A stretch of DNA of 64,000 nucleotides from an uncultured delta proteobacterium (lineage in GTDB: Bacteria > Desulfobacterota > BSN033 > UBA1163), in the NCBI GenBank assembly GCA_963708295.1, contig CAVPSJ010000017.1, forward strand, positions 1-64,000, read 5' to 3'. The position numbers and the translations under genes were made by a program. Under the pieces are notes generated by a model that had not been told where the DNA came from, searched no databases, and worked only from the letters and a program-made list of their open reading frames with translations. Every line of letters starts with the position of its first letter. The first letter of the stretch is position 1. Below, piece by piece: positions 9,997-21,163 of the stretch.

Positions 9997-11401
9997 CTAT
10001 ATCCTTCTTCTTGTTTTTCGTCTGGCCAACCCGTACATGAGAAGGGGTAGATTAAAAAATGCATTCGTCAAGTCGCGACGGCTCACAAGCCCAATTCGCC
10101 GCGCTTTTCTGATGATATGGAAGACCTGCGGCAGATCGTAAAACTCAGACCGGATCCGGTTCCGGATTTGCTTCAACTCTTTTCGCCCGTATTGGTCCGA
10201 ATAGACGGAGCCGCCGATACGGTTGTAATAGTACCCCGGCGTTTCTTCAACGACCTCTTTGAGAGGTGAAAACTTCTCAACCCGGAGTTTCTGGAAACTG
10301 ATGGAATCCAGCTTGATCTCCTTGGCGAACTTCGGGATGTAGAGCATCTCTTCGAGCGTCTCGCCGATGTTGCCGTAGATGAAGTACCCATGCAGATAGA
10401 AGTCGTACTGTGTCAGGGTTGAAAAAGCCTCCCGGACCTGCTGCTGGGTGATGCCTTTTTGGAGCTGATCCAAGATCCTGTCGTGCGGCGACTCGACCCC
10501 GATCAAAAAGACCTTGAATCCCGCTTTTTGGGCCTTGTCCAGGACACGCCGATGTTTCGCGACATCAATCCGGGCCTGGACCACAAAGATCTTCTTGATC
10601 TGGTTCTGGATAATCAGATCGCAAAGCTGCTCGCTCCTCCCCGGGTTCGTGAAGAAGTTGTCATCGCTGAAGAGAACGACATCCGCCGTCACCGTCTTCA
10701 GCTCTTCGACGACAGATTCGACGGTTCGCTCCGTGTAGTTCCTCTTCTGCCCGAGAGGGTTGAGACTGAACGTGCAGAATTTGCAGTTGAACGGACATCC
10801 CCTCGTGGTCAGTATCGTGTCGAAGGTGTGACTGCTGATTTGAATACCGAACTTCATCATGTGATAATCGTGTTTTCTCAGGGACCGGTCAGGAAACGGA
10901 ATCTTCGTGATGTCGGGCAGGGGGTGGATTTCGTTGTGGACGATACTTCCGTTCTTCCGATAGGAAAGCCCGCGAATATCCTTGGACGGGACTCCCGTCA
11001 CGATCTGTTTGATAATATCTTCTCCCTCACCCCGTACGATCATATCGATATTCGGACAACGGTCAAACAGGTACTGGACCTCCTCCGTCGCTTTATACCC
11101 TCCGACAACGGTGCAGACCTCGAGAGGCAGCTGGGAGACGAAATCACAGATTTCCTCGAACCGAGATTCCCATCGGATGCTCACGCAGAGTAGATCGATC
11201 TCGTTTCTTATGAAATCGCTGAGTGCCTTAGGGTCCTGGTAGGCCTTCTCATACCGAAGGTCGAGAAGAGTCAGCTTACCAACCAGGTCTTTCATGCTTG
11301 CGGCGATGTATTCCAGTCCGGTCGGAGGGAAAACCCCGATGGTTGCGGTCGCATCCCCGAAATAGGGGTTAAGGGCAAGAACATGCTTATACTTGATCAT
11401 G
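9997..11401 (-). CDS. B12-binding radical SAM protein
   Basis: PPTGLEYIAA, VRGEGE, TTRGCPFNCKFC, FSDDNF. Confidence 0.85.
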
Positions 11402-11449
11402 TCAAGATTTTTAGCGGCAATGATAAAAACTAGTTTGGAGCTGCAAAAA

Positions 11450-11478
11450 ATATAAGAAATGCGGAGTCTTATGTCAAG
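11450..11478 (-). promoter_or_regulatory. sigma70 promoter of the radical SAM module
   Basis: Minus strand TTGACA-17 bp-TATATT. Confidence 0.6.
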
Positions 11479-11504
11479 CAGAAAAGACACAAGGCAAAAA
11501 GGTA

Positions 11505-11702
11505 AGCTAGTATCGTAGGTAACGATTACTAAATCAAATCTTGCATCATGTTCGAAATCTACCAGTCAACGATTACAGGAAGAACTAAATGACATTTCCT
11601 TTTCGAGATTTTTGGAGCAGGCCGATGGTAAAAATTGGCGACTTCACCTACAAATCCTCAGCCTGTGCCATTACCTGGCGTTGAGGATTACTGGTAGAAA
11701 CC
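11505..11702 (+). repeat. Multi-box element, complete long form
   Basis: A 11524, B 11576, C 11645, A 11686 (52/69/41). Confidence 0.9.
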
Positions 11703-11814
11703 AGCGTCTGAGTTGGATTATATATGGAGACCGTATCATTATGTTTTAGAGTGGCTGGAAACAGCAAATATATAGGAGATATTGAACCCTCGCAAAAAGG
11801 CAGTTCTTTGGCGG

Positions 11815-14031
11815 TTAAGCATTCCGGCCCAGCGGCCACGAAGCAAAGATGGTCGTCCCCTTTCCTTCGGCGGACTCGATGTTGAAAGAACCACCGGAAA
11901 GCTCAGCTCGTTCCCTCATGCTGTCAAGTCCCAATCCCTTGGCAGTCCCCTTCCGGGAATAGGCCTCCCTCAGGTCGAACCCTTGACCACTATCCCGGAT
12001 TACCAACTCTATATTCTGCTTGGCTTTCCGTAAGGAAAGAAGCACCAACAATGCCTTGCTGTGTTTGGCGGTATTGTTTAGGGCCTCTTGTAAGACCCTG
12101 TAAATCACTATCTTCAGTGATTCAGGTATTTCATGTTCCTCAATATCAATCTCCCTTTTGATCCGGATATTCGAATAAGTTGATTCAAATTGTCGGCAGA
12201 ACCAGTTGATGGTCGCCAGGATCCCCAGATCGTCTAACATCGAAGGCCTAAGAGACATCTGGATCCTTCGGGCTTCCTCGATTGTTCCCTGCAGGATCGG
12301 GATGACATTGTTCAAGGCAACCTTTGCTTGAGGATTGTCGTCAACCATTTGGTTGAGTACATCTTCCATCTTGAATTTGGCGGCAGCCAGGGATGCTCCC
12401 ATGCTGTCGTGGATTTCCCCGGCAATCATCATTCTTTCTCTCTCCTGAACGTTGAGGAGTGCTGTAGACAGCAGCCGAAGGCGATTTTCCGATTCTCTTA
12501 ATGCTTCTTCTGCCCGCTTGCGCTCAGTGATGTCACGAGCGGCAGCAAAGACGCCCTGGACCTCTCCGGCCTTGTTTCTATAAACCGCGGCATTGTACAA
12601 CACATCTGTGATTTTGCCCGAAGTGTGCCGGACGGCAAGGGGATAATCCCTAACAAATCCCTTTGAAAATACCTGCTTGTATCCTTCCCTTGCCTTCTCG
12701 GGTTCGGCAAAGTAATCTGAAAAATCGCTTCCGATCAGGATGTCTCTGGAGAGACCGGTAGCTAACTCTGTGGCCCTGTTCACATCCATGATCTTGCCAT
12801 CCCTGCTGATGGTGACCAGAGGGTCGAGGCTTGCTTCGATGAGACTCCGGGCGTACAGGGATGCCTCCTGTAGGGCGAGTTCAGCCCGTTCGCGCTCTGA
12901 CATTTCAACTTGCAATGTTTCAACAACGCTCATAAGTTCTGAGGTTCGCCCCTGAACCCTTGTTTCCAACTCGTCACGGGATCTTCGGAGTTCCTCTTCC
13001 ATCCGCTTGCGCTCGGTGATGTCGTGAGCAACGACGAATGCCCCTTCAGGTTTTCCATCTTTGTACGTGAAGGTCATGTTCAGGACACCGTAGACTTCCC
13101 GTCCGTCTTTCGTTTTTGATTTGTATTCCACAGATTCGCTAATTGCTTCCCCCGCAAGTTTCCGCCTGATTCTCTCCCGGAAAACAGCCTTCCCTTCATC
13201 GTCCAGCAAGTCAAACGGGTTCATTGCAAGCAGCTCTTCCCTCGTGTACCCAAGAAACTGGCACATTGCATCATTGACGCTTTTGAACGCGGGACGCTGA
13301 AAATCGATCTCATAGAGCATGCTTGGCGCGTATTTTATGAGAAGCCGTGATTTCTCCTCGGCTTGTCTGACCTCCAAGAGTAGGCGCTTGTTCACCATCA
13401 GTACCAGACCGTAGGTGAGAAGAATGAACAGTATTTGATAAGAGATCAAAATAAGGGATTCAAAGGCGCCGGAACGGAAATAATCGCTTGCTGGGTGTCC
13501 ACCGGTGATAAATCCGATTATCCGGACGACACTAACCAGGCAGTAAGCCCCAAAAACCATGCCCACGCCAAACGTCAACTGGCGCATACCGGGCTCGACT
13601 CTGTACACCAACCACATGTACTGAAAACAGATAATCAATAACCCCGCTGACAGATTCAGAGTTCTCGCTGCCAGGTTGGGTTGAATAAGGGTAAAATAGG
13701 CGTGAACACAAGCAAAAGCTGCCAGCAGGACATAATTGTGGACTTGCGAGGTCTTCTTCCCAACAAAGTTTACAAGGCCCATATAGCCCAGGATGGCTCC
13801 CCCAATCACCAGGGTATTAGAGAGAACCATTGACATCCAGTCGGGGATGCTGCCACGCATGATGATCAGAAACACCGCCGCTGTTTGAAAGGCGAAATCG
13901 GCGACCCAAAAGCCCATGCCCGCAAACCGTTTACGACTCTGATGCCACAACAGCAAGATGACCAGCATGCAGATAATATCAATAACCACATTGCTGAAGA
14001 CGAGTGTTCGCATGTCAAGTAAAATCATCAA
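11815..14031 (-). CDS. Membrane PAS/PAC sensor histidine kinase (HisKA_3 type)
   Basis: Multi-TM N-terminus, two PAS domains ending DITERK, EIHDSMG, QEALNNTAKH, DSGQGF, GLGL. Confidence 0.9.
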   Translation of the reverse strand: MMILLDMRTLVFSNVVIDIICMLVILLLWHQSRKRFAGMGFWVADFAFQTAAVFLIIMRGSIPDWMSMVLSNTLVIGGAILGYMGLVNFVGKKTSQVHNYVLLAAFACVHAYFTLIQPNLAARTLNLSAGLLIICFQYMWLVYRVEPGMRQLTFGVGMVFGAYCLVSVVRIIGFITGGHPASDYFRSGAFESLILISYQILFILLTYGLVLMVNKRLLLEVRQAEEKSRLLIKYAPSMLYEIDFQRPAFKSVNDAMCQFLGYTREELLAMNPFDLLDDEGKAVFRERIRRKLAGEAISESVEYKSKTKDGREVYGVLNMTFTYKDGKPEGAFVVAHDITERKRMEEELRRSRDELETRVQGRTSELMSVVETLQVEMSERERAELALQEASLYARSLIEASLDPLVTISRDGKIMDVNRATELATGLSRDILIGSDFSDYFAEPEKAREGYKQVFSKGFVRDYPLAVRHTSGKITDVLYNAAVYRNKAGEVQGVFAAARDITERKRAEEALRESENRLRLLSTALLNVQERERMMIAGEIHDSMGASLAAAKFKMEDVLNQMVDDNPQAKVALNNVIPILQGTIEEARRIQMSLRPSMLDDLGILATINWFCRQFESTYSNIRIKREIDIEEHEIPESLKIVIYRVLQEALNNTAKHSKALLVLLSLRKAKQNIELVIRDSGQGFDLREAYSRKGTAKGLGLDSMRERAELSGGSFNIESAEGKGTTIFASWPLGRNA

Positions 14032-14159
14032 TCTCCCCCGAGGATAGAAATAATATCGTTATGGTTGATAGTATCTGGAAGACAAGCTTAAAAAAATAAT
14101 GCTATTCTAAAATGGATTGATGGTCAAGGTGGAAAATTCCTTCAAAATTTTATCCCATA

Positions 14160-14332
14160 TTACTGATTTCGGCTTGAAATATTGCATTCTGAAGGAAGAT
14201 ACCAAAAACAATATTTCAGGAAGAACTCACCGGGTCAAAGGAAAATGCGACACCTCAGCAGAGTTTTGGGGAGGACACCTCTAATCTATACAATCAACAG
14301 GCTCAAGAAGTTGACGATTACCATGAGAAAGC
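14160..14332 (+). repeat. Multi-box element, complete
   Basis: A 14165, B 14217, C 14276, A 14316; perfect 10-bp inverted repeat TGAAATATTG/CAATATTTCA. Confidence 0.85.
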
Positions 14333-14696
14333 GAGGATAAAAAGGGAGAACATTGATTTTGGTTATTTGACGAAATTATATCCCCTCTATTAGCAAAAAG
14401 CGACAAGGTGACGCAATTCGATTAAATCACGAGAATAGAAATTTAGGGCACGGCTAATGTCGCCTTTTTACATAGAAAGCAACAAAAATGAATGGGAGCG
14501 ATGTTCTAATTTTGATCTGTCTGACTAATGTCTTTTCTCCATCTTGGCTGCCCCCATCTTATTAAACCACCCCTCATAGAGGATTAATTCTGGATGTTCA
14601 GGGAAAGAGTTGTAATCCTTGGCAACCACCTTCTTTGATGCCGCTTGAGCTGCGCTAAAGACCCTTCCCCAAAACCCATTATGGGGCTAAAAGAAA

Positions 14697-15326
14697 TTAG
14701 TACATGCGTTTGCGGTGGGCGTTCTTAACCCAGCGCGCGATATCCTTTGGTTTGTCAAAGTCGAACGACTTTTCTCCCTTGCCTACCGGTTGCATGTCAA
14801 CTACGTCGACATGGTATATATTATATTTCTTCTGCTTCTTACCTGGATAGTTGGGATTAAGCTCAATAACAGCAGCACCCATGCCGAGGGGGCCTCCATG
14901 TCCCGAACCGGTCGCAATGTAAAAGAAGACCGTGCTACCGGGTTCCTTTAGCGTCTCGATTTTTTGCTGTATCTCGGCTTCGGCAAAAATGGTGGTATCG
15001 GAGCTTACCCTCTTCTTCTCTTCCAATTTGACCTGTTTCAACCCCTCATCGAACCACCCCTCGTAGATTATTAAATCTGGGCGCTCATCAAGAGAAGTGT
15101 AGTCCTTCACCTCTACTTTCTTTGCCAGTGCTTCAGACTCGTCGAAAACCCTAATATTAAACACCTTCTCCTCAGTTGCGCTCTTACGCATCACAGACTT
15201 AAGAAGCTTCGCCAAATCGGGGTCCATTTTTCTTTCGGCGAGCAAATGCTTCTCGACCAACCCTGGTATCGCCTGTGGTTTTTTCAGTTTTTCTTCCTCT
15301 TTCGCTGATTTCTTATTCCAGAACAT
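14697..15326 (-). CDS. Hypothetical protein
   Basis: GGAGG RBS before MFWNKK; long open frame. Confidence 0.65.
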   Translation of the reverse strand: MFWNKKSAKEEEKLKKPQAIPGLVEKHLLAERKMDPDLAKLLKSVMRKSATEEKVFNIRVFDESEALAKKVEVKDYTSLDERPDLIIYEGWFDEGLKQVKLEEKKRVSSDTTIFAEAEIQQKIETLKEPGSTVFFYIATGSGHGGPLGMGAAVIELNPNYPGKKQKKYNIYHVDVVDMQPVGKGEKSFDFDKPKDIARWVKNAHRKRMY

Positions 15327-15819
15327 TTTTTTATACCTCCTTCCTTGGTTGTGTTGCTTTCCATCGCCCTGTAAAATCTCTTGTTTTAGCACCTGTTTGT
15401 GCTACTTTGCTCCGCTTTCTCGTGGCAACACATCTCTTTGCGAACTGATGCAGCGCATCAATTGCAGAATTGGTGTGTCGTTTTTCGGGCAAAGGAGGCA
15501 ACAGATTGCCCCCTCAATCAGTAACCGTACCTTTCATGCTGCAACGCAGCCTCTCCATTAAACTGCCGTCAGTAGGGATATTCGCCCGGAGTGTCTATCC
15601 CCAATCTGAAATCCCGATCTAGCTCCGGGTGCGTATCCACCAGGAACACGCTCCCGTGACAAGCGCTCAAGGCAAGGATAGCTACAATGATTAGAGCCAC
15701 CATTCTCCCCATCTTTAATCTCCTTCATTGACCTGACCATTAGGCCTTGTCGACCGTCCAAAAGTGTACCTATGAAGACCGACCTGAGAAAGAATAAAGA
15801 AGAAGGATGGATGGTTGGT

Positions 15820-16152
15820 TTAGCAGCGGAGAGCAGGCGTTATTTGAGTGTACGACGTTAACGGAGACAAAAAGAGGCTGGACATCCTGCCGAAGTGAGT
15901 CCAGGGAGGTAGCGCGTCAGAAGAGACTGTGGGCACGAAAACCTTGAACTCCCTCTCGCAGGTTGATGAGTCTTCATCCCCAAAGTCTTCAAAGCTCATA
16001 TCAGAAGAAAGTAAAACGGTTCTTGACAGATCAACGTAAAGAGAATAAGCCATTAGCACCGGAATTAATAGAGATATTCCAAGAATTAGAACGGGATGAA
16101 TATGTTTTAGTCGGTCCATTGTCATAGAAATTTGTTTCCGTGACCTCCTCAC
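15820..16152 (-). CDS. Hypothetical membrane-anchored protein
   Basis: One hydrophobic helix. Confidence 0.4.
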   Translation of the reverse strand: MRRSRKQISMTMDRLKHIHPVLILGISLLIPVLMAYSLYVDLSRTVLLSSDMSFEDFGDEDSSTCEREFKVFVPTVSSDALPPWTHFGRMSSLFLSPLTSYTQITPALRC

Positions 16153-16414
16153 GAAAGGGTTGGCTTCATCGGGATTAAGTTTGATTAGACTCTCTTTCTT
16201 AGTGAGGCCCTTAAAATTCTATTAAGGCAGATAGGATATTGACCGATGAATTGATTCAAATTTCTGAAGGAAAATGTAATATCAAGTTCAAATTTTAAAG
16301 GTCTTTTCCCAACCACCACCCCCTCTGGAAAGAGAAAGTTTATTAGGGATTTGAATTCATAATACAAAAAGCAACAATTTTGTCAATACAAAAAACAGGT
16401 TGTGAAAATTATCT

Positions 16415-16482
16415 TTTGAGGATTATCACTTGAAATCTGGCATACCGATATGGATTCTCGACTTGAGGACTTCAGGAAACAA
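16415..16482 (+). repeat. Multi-box element, A-B half
   Basis: GATTATCACTTGAAAT 16421, CAGGAAA 16473 (52). Confidence 0.7.
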
Positions 16483-16799
16483 TGTTGCATCGCTACCCCT
16501 CGGTTGCCTAATAAATAGGTAGTCAGACCGACCACAGATTCACATGGGATACTCCAAAGAGTGAAGATTTCTTTTGAAAGTCATTGGATCATGTCCTCTT
16601 CCATCCATGCAGACGAACTTCCCACAAAATGTTTCTTGATGACTTCATCCCGAAATTAGCAGAGGCATCTCGAAAAATCAGAGGAATCCCACTTAGGAGA
16701 GACAAGCCCTCGATCTAATAAAAAGGTGAAAGGCAGGATTGGAAAACTTACTCATAAGCACCTGATCCAGAAGAAGAATTGAAGAGAAGGCCATGAGGG

Positions 16800-16975
16800 A
16801 TTATCGGAAGAGGATAGGATCAAAACCCACCGTGTTCACTCAACACAGCACCTACAAGTCATCGCTCAACGATGAGATCATGGGCTGCGGATTACGGTTT
16901 GAAATCACGTATCCAGGTGAACATATGAAAATGAAATCCTCGCTTTTTTGAGGTGTCGGAAACAGAGGGTTTATA
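16800..16975 (+). repeat. Multi-box element, C-A plus extension shared with 22667-22790
   Basis: CACCTAC 16849, GATTACGGTTTGAAAT 16890 (41). Confidence 0.75.
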
Positions 16976-17055
16976 GCAGGTATCGTTAACTCTGAAGAAT
17001 ACACTGAGGATACACCGATAACAGTTCTCGTAGCCGCCTCGATTGCAACTTTCAT

Positions 17056-17805
17056 TTAATCGTAAGGTTGGCGAGGAGGTTCAGGTCTATCCCCGGGGGG
17101 CCGGGGCTTAGGTCCGGGGCCTTTTCTCACAGGACTGAAGCTTTTGGCCGGAATGCCACGACTGATGTCGCTGCGAAGCTGAAAAGCGCTCTCCGAGATG
17201 CCGCCCGTAACTTTTTCGGCGGGGAGCAACCCCCGGTACCAGAGTAAGCGCTCGACGAAACGGCTGAGCACGTGAACAAGGGGCACGTGGAGGTGCGCTC
17301 CCTCCAGCAGGCACAGGGCTTCGCCGATCGCTTCAAAGGTGCACAGGCCACCTGTCGACTGCCTCTTGCGCAGACGGTACTTTGAGACCAGCCCTTCCGG
17401 CAAAGTGACCCTCGGTACTTTTGCCAGGCCGGCCACCCGGCGCACCATGCGGCGCGCTTGTCGCCAGGTGCCATCTGGCACGATCAACCGGATCGGGCGA
17501 TCGTCTTCTTGGGCCAACTGTGGATCGAGTACGCGGGCATGGGCGTCAGGGAACAGGACGAAGGCCCTGTGCGTGGGCTCGAACCAATCGTGCACATCGA
17601 GCATCCTACCCCGCTCGCCGTGGATGCACAGGACGCTGTTGGGCAGCATGAGCGTGGCCAGATAGCCCGTGTTCGACGTGCGCCACTGCTCGGTTTCGTG
17701 CATGATAATCGCGACTTGTGTGCGCGTGTTGATCGGCTGTATGTCTGCGCAAAGGCAAAGCGATGCGTGCATGTGGCAACGGCTGCAGTACTTGCTTTTG
17801 ACCAT
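17056..17805 (-). CDS. DTW-domain tRNA-uridine aminocarboxypropyltransferase (TapT/YfiP-like)
   Basis: CSRC...CLC, HETE..RTSNTG, LFP, DGTWRQA, LCTFEA. Confidence 0.85.
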   Translation of the reverse strand: MVKSKYCSRCHMHASLCLCADIQPINTRTQVAIIMHETEQWRTSNTGYLATLMLPNSVLCIHGERGRMLDVHDWFEPTHRAFVLFPDAHARVLDPQLAQEDDRPIRLIVPDGTWRQARRMVRRVAGLAKVPRVTLPEGLVSKYRLRKRQSTGGLCTFEAIGEALCLLEGAHLHVPLVHVLSRFVERLLWYRGLLPAEKVTGGISESAFQLRSDISRGIPAKSFSPVRKGPGPKPRPPGDRPEPPRQPYD

Positions 17806-17965
17806 CGGTTGCTCCCATCCGTGCTAATATACTAATATGCGGCTGAGCCGCCTCTCCTAAAGGTGCGTGTGGCCCTCTAGTGCCTGTTCCTTTGTGCATT
17901 ATCCGAACAAATCTGCACAATGATAAAGTTCCAAATTCTTGAGCACCACCCTTCGCCCTCCACAG

Positions 17966-18643
17966 TCACACGTTCGAAGCGCTCTGCGTCAGCCGAAGGT
18001 CAAATGAAAGGGCCTCGACGACTTCATTTGTCGTCACAATGGCACCGGCGTAGTTTGGGATATTGACGTCGAGAGCAGCGTGCATTTCCTCATCCGAGTA
18101 GTCTGCGGTCGCGTCTTTTACCATCGTGACCTCGTAGCCAAGCTCAGCGGCATAGCGAACAGTTGCCTCCACGCAGGTGTGGGCTATGAGCCCGATGATG
18201 ATGAGCTTTTGGATGCCGTGCTTCTTGAGCTGCAAATCCAAATCTGTGTTGGCGAAACCACTGGAACCCCAATGCTCCTGGGCAACGATTTCGCCCGGTA
18301 GCGGCACGAACTCGCGGCGGATCTCGCCGCCCCATGTGCCGTATTCGAATGTTTTGCGCATCCAGGCTGCCTTCTGAACCGGCATAATGTACTTCCAGGT
18401 TTCATAGTCGCCAGCACGGTAGCGGTGATGCAGCGCATAGAAGACGCGAAGTTTCGCCTCCCGCGCTGCGTTCAGAACTTGTAGCATGTGCGGAATACAC
18501 TTGTTTGCTTCTGCCACGCTCTTGAAGCGATCCCACACCTTGCCGCCTTCGGATATGAAATCGTTATACGGATCAATAACGAGCAGCGCAGTGAGCTCTT
18601 TGTCGAGCTTTAGATTGGTCATGCTTTTTCCTCCTGCGTTCAC
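17966..18643 (-). CDS. Isochorismatase-family cysteine hydrolase
   Basis: ALLVIDPYNDF, SGFANTDL, GLIAHTCVEAT. Confidence 0.9.
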   Translation of the reverse strand: MNAGGKSMTNLKLDKELTALLVIDPYNDFISEGGKVWDRFKSVAEANKCIPHMLQVLNAAREAKLRVFYALHHRYRAGDYETWKYIMPVQKAAWMRKTFEYGTWGGEIRREFVPLPGEIVAQEHWGSSGFANTDLDLQLKKHGIQKLIIIGLIAHTCVEATVRYAAELGYEVTMVKDATADYSDEEMHAALDVNIPNYAGAIVTTNEVVEALSFDLRLTQSASNV

Positions 18644-19251
18644 CCAAGTTCCGTGTGCTGGTTGAACGTGGCCGCCAGGTCACCCAACATGCGCGCGAGG
18701 GCCATTTCGGCTTCGCGCGTCTGGAAGCCGCGTTTCATCGCGGCTTTGATCCGGTCCTGCGCTTCAGGGTTGCGCACGGCCTTTTCCACGTTGGCGCGTT
18801 CCTTTTCGAAACCGAACTCAGGTGTATGCACACCAATCACGATCAGGCCCGCGTCTTTGTATTTCGCCGCCCAGCTTTTGATGTAGGGCAACTCCCGCAG
18901 GCTGTTGATGCAGGAGTAGGTCCAAAAATTGACCAGCACAACCTTTCCGCGAAGCGATTGGCGGTTCAGGGGAGCGGAGTTGAGCCAGGTGACCGCGCCT
19001 CCCAGCTCTGGCATGGGGCCTTCGTCGGCGAGGGCGGCGTTTGCCGCGGACACAATCGGGTTATGTGAGTGCAAGATCATGGTGATTACGACTCCGATCA
19101 TCAAAGTCAGGACCAGGCCGCGGCGAATCCAAACCGAGAACCACAAAGAACGTTTCATGGCAGAAATTCCACATTGACGAGAAAATCGTGTTACGGCGTG
19201 TACGGGGTGATGCCCGTCAAAAGCACGAGAGATCACGGCGTTGTCGCTCAA
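18640..19251 (-). pseudogene. DipZ-like thioredoxin domain, truncated and fused to a foreign C-terminus
   Basis: WLNSAPL, GKVVLVNFWTYSCINSLR, GVHTPEFGFE; similarity stops at NVEKAVR. Confidence 0.65.
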
Positions 19252-20195
19252 TATCCGGACGGCACCTCCGCGTATGCAATGCCGGTGAGGTTTCCTTCAG
19301 CAACCAGCAACGTCCTCCGGTTCGACCCATCGAGATTGGCGCTGTAGACCGAGCCGCCGAAGTCGGTAATGAACATTCGACCGCCCTTCAGGTCCAAAGC
19401 CAGGCCGATGCCTTCCATCAAATGGGTGAAAAGGATCTCAGGCTCCTTGCCATTTTCGGCCTCCGGGTCCATGGGTGCACGGTTCACCGTGTTGCCACGC
19501 GGCGGGTCCCCGCGGTCGGTCCAATACAGCGTCCGATTAACCGGATCGAGGTCCAGATCGATCGGCTCCGGAAGATTGTCATAAAGAAGCTCAATGTCCC
19601 TGCGGTTCTCGGCCGACTGACCTTGCGGAACTTGGATGTTGGCCCGAAAAATTCGACCCAAACCCGCGTCGTGACCACCCTTCTGCGTCCAATAGAACTT
19701 GCCGCCGTCAGTGTCCACCGCAATGCCGACACACCATTTCCTCTGATCCGATCCCGGCCGCGAATCGCCCGCGCTCGTATCCACGAGAGTTTCGATTTCC
19801 GAGCCGTCCAGGTTTGCCCGCATCACGCGCATGCCTTCCCGGTCCGACCAGTAAAGCTTGCCGCTCCTCTTCTCCAGCTGGAGCTGCTTCGGCGTGAACG
19901 TGCCGCCAGGCGGAACGATGGTGATCATGTTCTTGCCATTGAGATCCGACCGCATGATCGAGCCATCATTCCTCTTGGGATCACCCATATTGGTCCAGTA
20001 GATGTGCCCAGCGGCGACATCGAGCACCAGGCCATCGGGCAACTTCCGGCCTTCGTTGATGATGGTCTTCAAATCGGAGCCATCAGGGTTTGCGGACAGT
20101 ATGCGGCCGGCGCCGAGGTCCAGGAAGAAGAGCCTACCGGACGTGGGTGCGTTTTTCGCCTCTGCGTCTGTCGGTGTGGAAGCTATCGCGCTCAT
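19248..20195 (-). CDS. YWTD/LDL-receptor class B beta-propeller protein
   Basis: Repeated IYWTN, LYWSD, FYWTQ, LYWTD and ANLDGS. Confidence 0.85.
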   Translation of the reverse strand: MSAIASTPTDAEAKNAPTSGRLFFLDLGAGRILSANPDGSDLKTIINEGRKLPDGLVLDVAAGHIYWTNMGDPKRNDGSIMRSDLNGKNMITIVPPGGTFTPKQLQLEKRSGKLYWSDREGMRVMRANLDGSEIETLVDTSAGDSRPGSDQRKWCVGIAVDTDGGKFYWTQKGGHDAGLGRIFRANIQVPQGQSAENRRDIELLYDNLPEPIDLDLDPVNRTLYWTDRGDPPRGNTVNRAPMDPEAENGKEPEILFTHLMEGIGLALDLKGGRMFITDFGGSVYSANLDGSNRRTLLVAEGNLTGIAYAEVPSGY

Positions 20196-20311
20196 GTAAC
20201 GAATCTCCTCGCTAACGTGTCTATGTGGTCTCGAGTGAAAAAGGTCAGAGACCAACGTCGGTGCCGAGTTCAGAAATCCAGGGCGACGATCAGTCGGGCT
20301 GCGTATCCGTG

Positions 20312-21133
20312 TCATCGTCGTCCGCCCGCCCGAGCGCAGGGAGGTACCGGCCGAAGTTCAATTCGAAGTCGCTCCGAACGACCGTAACCGATACTACGGA
20401 CCTTGGCACGGCGCGCCTGCGCACTGGGCAAGGCCAGGGTTGGGAAGAACATGTCGTTGCTCGACTGAAGCTCGGTAGCTGTCGGCGTCCCGAACCGATT
20501 GATCTGGGCCTTCGCCGCGGCTAGCGCTTCACGGTCGAACGAGGCCAGACGCCGGACGAGCGTATCGACAAACGAGTCGAGGTCGTCATCGTCCAGCGTG
20601 CGGTTCACCCAGCCATAGCGCTCGGCGATATCAGCATCGAAATCGTCGCCGCTGAGGACGATCTCAAGTGCGCGCGAGCGGCCGACCAAGCGCGGGAGCC
20701 ATTCCAGCGCTCCGCCGCCCGGGACCAGTCCGACGCCGATCTCGGGGTTGCCGAATAGGGCGCTTTGCCGGCTGGCGAAGCGCATGTCGCAGGCCAGCAC
20801 GAACTCGTTACCGATGCCGCGCGTGCGGCCGCGAATCTTGGCGATGCTCACGACTGGCGTGGACGAGAGGCGCAGCACAAAGTCGCGCCAAAGGCCCAGC
20901 ACCTCTGGCCGTTCAGCTGCCTTGGATACGTCGAGATGGGCGATGAAAAAATCGGGATTCGCCGACTGGAACACTACGACCTTCACGGACGGGTCCGCCT
21001 CGAGGTCGGTCATTAGCGCTCCCAATTCGACGATCGTTGTGGGAACAAACATGTTGATCGGCGGGTTGCTGAAGGTGATCGTCCACCGGCCCGGATAGGT
21101 ACGGTCGATGTTGAACTGCGAATGGTCAGGCAT
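20312..21133 (-). CDS. Enoyl-CoA hydratase/isomerase family protein (likely frameshift near 3' end)
   Basis: RGIGNEFVLACDMRFA, PEIGVGLVPGGG. Confidence 0.85.
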   Translation of the reverse strand: MPDHSQFNIDRTYPGRWTITFSNPPINMFVPTTIVELGALMTDLEADPSVKVVVFQSANPDFFIAHLDVSKAAERPEVLGLWRDFVLRLSSTPVVSIAKIRGRTRGIGNEFVLACDMRFASRQSALFGNPEIGVGLVPGGGALEWLPRLVGRSRALEIVLSGDDFDADIAERYGWVNRTLDDDDLDSFVDTLVRRLASFDREALAAAKAQINRFGTPTATELQSSNDMFFPTLALPSAQARRAKVRSIGYGRSERLRIELRPVPPCARAGGRR

Positions 21134-21163
21134 GGCGCATCTTCTCCTCTCTTGTGAAAAAAC

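Noticed and set aside
19188-20387. Long antisense ORFs (also 9185-9652, 10459-11193, 37594-38328, 38749-39609, 46544-47272)
   Set aside because: Shadows of well-supported opposite-strand genes with no recognisable motifs.
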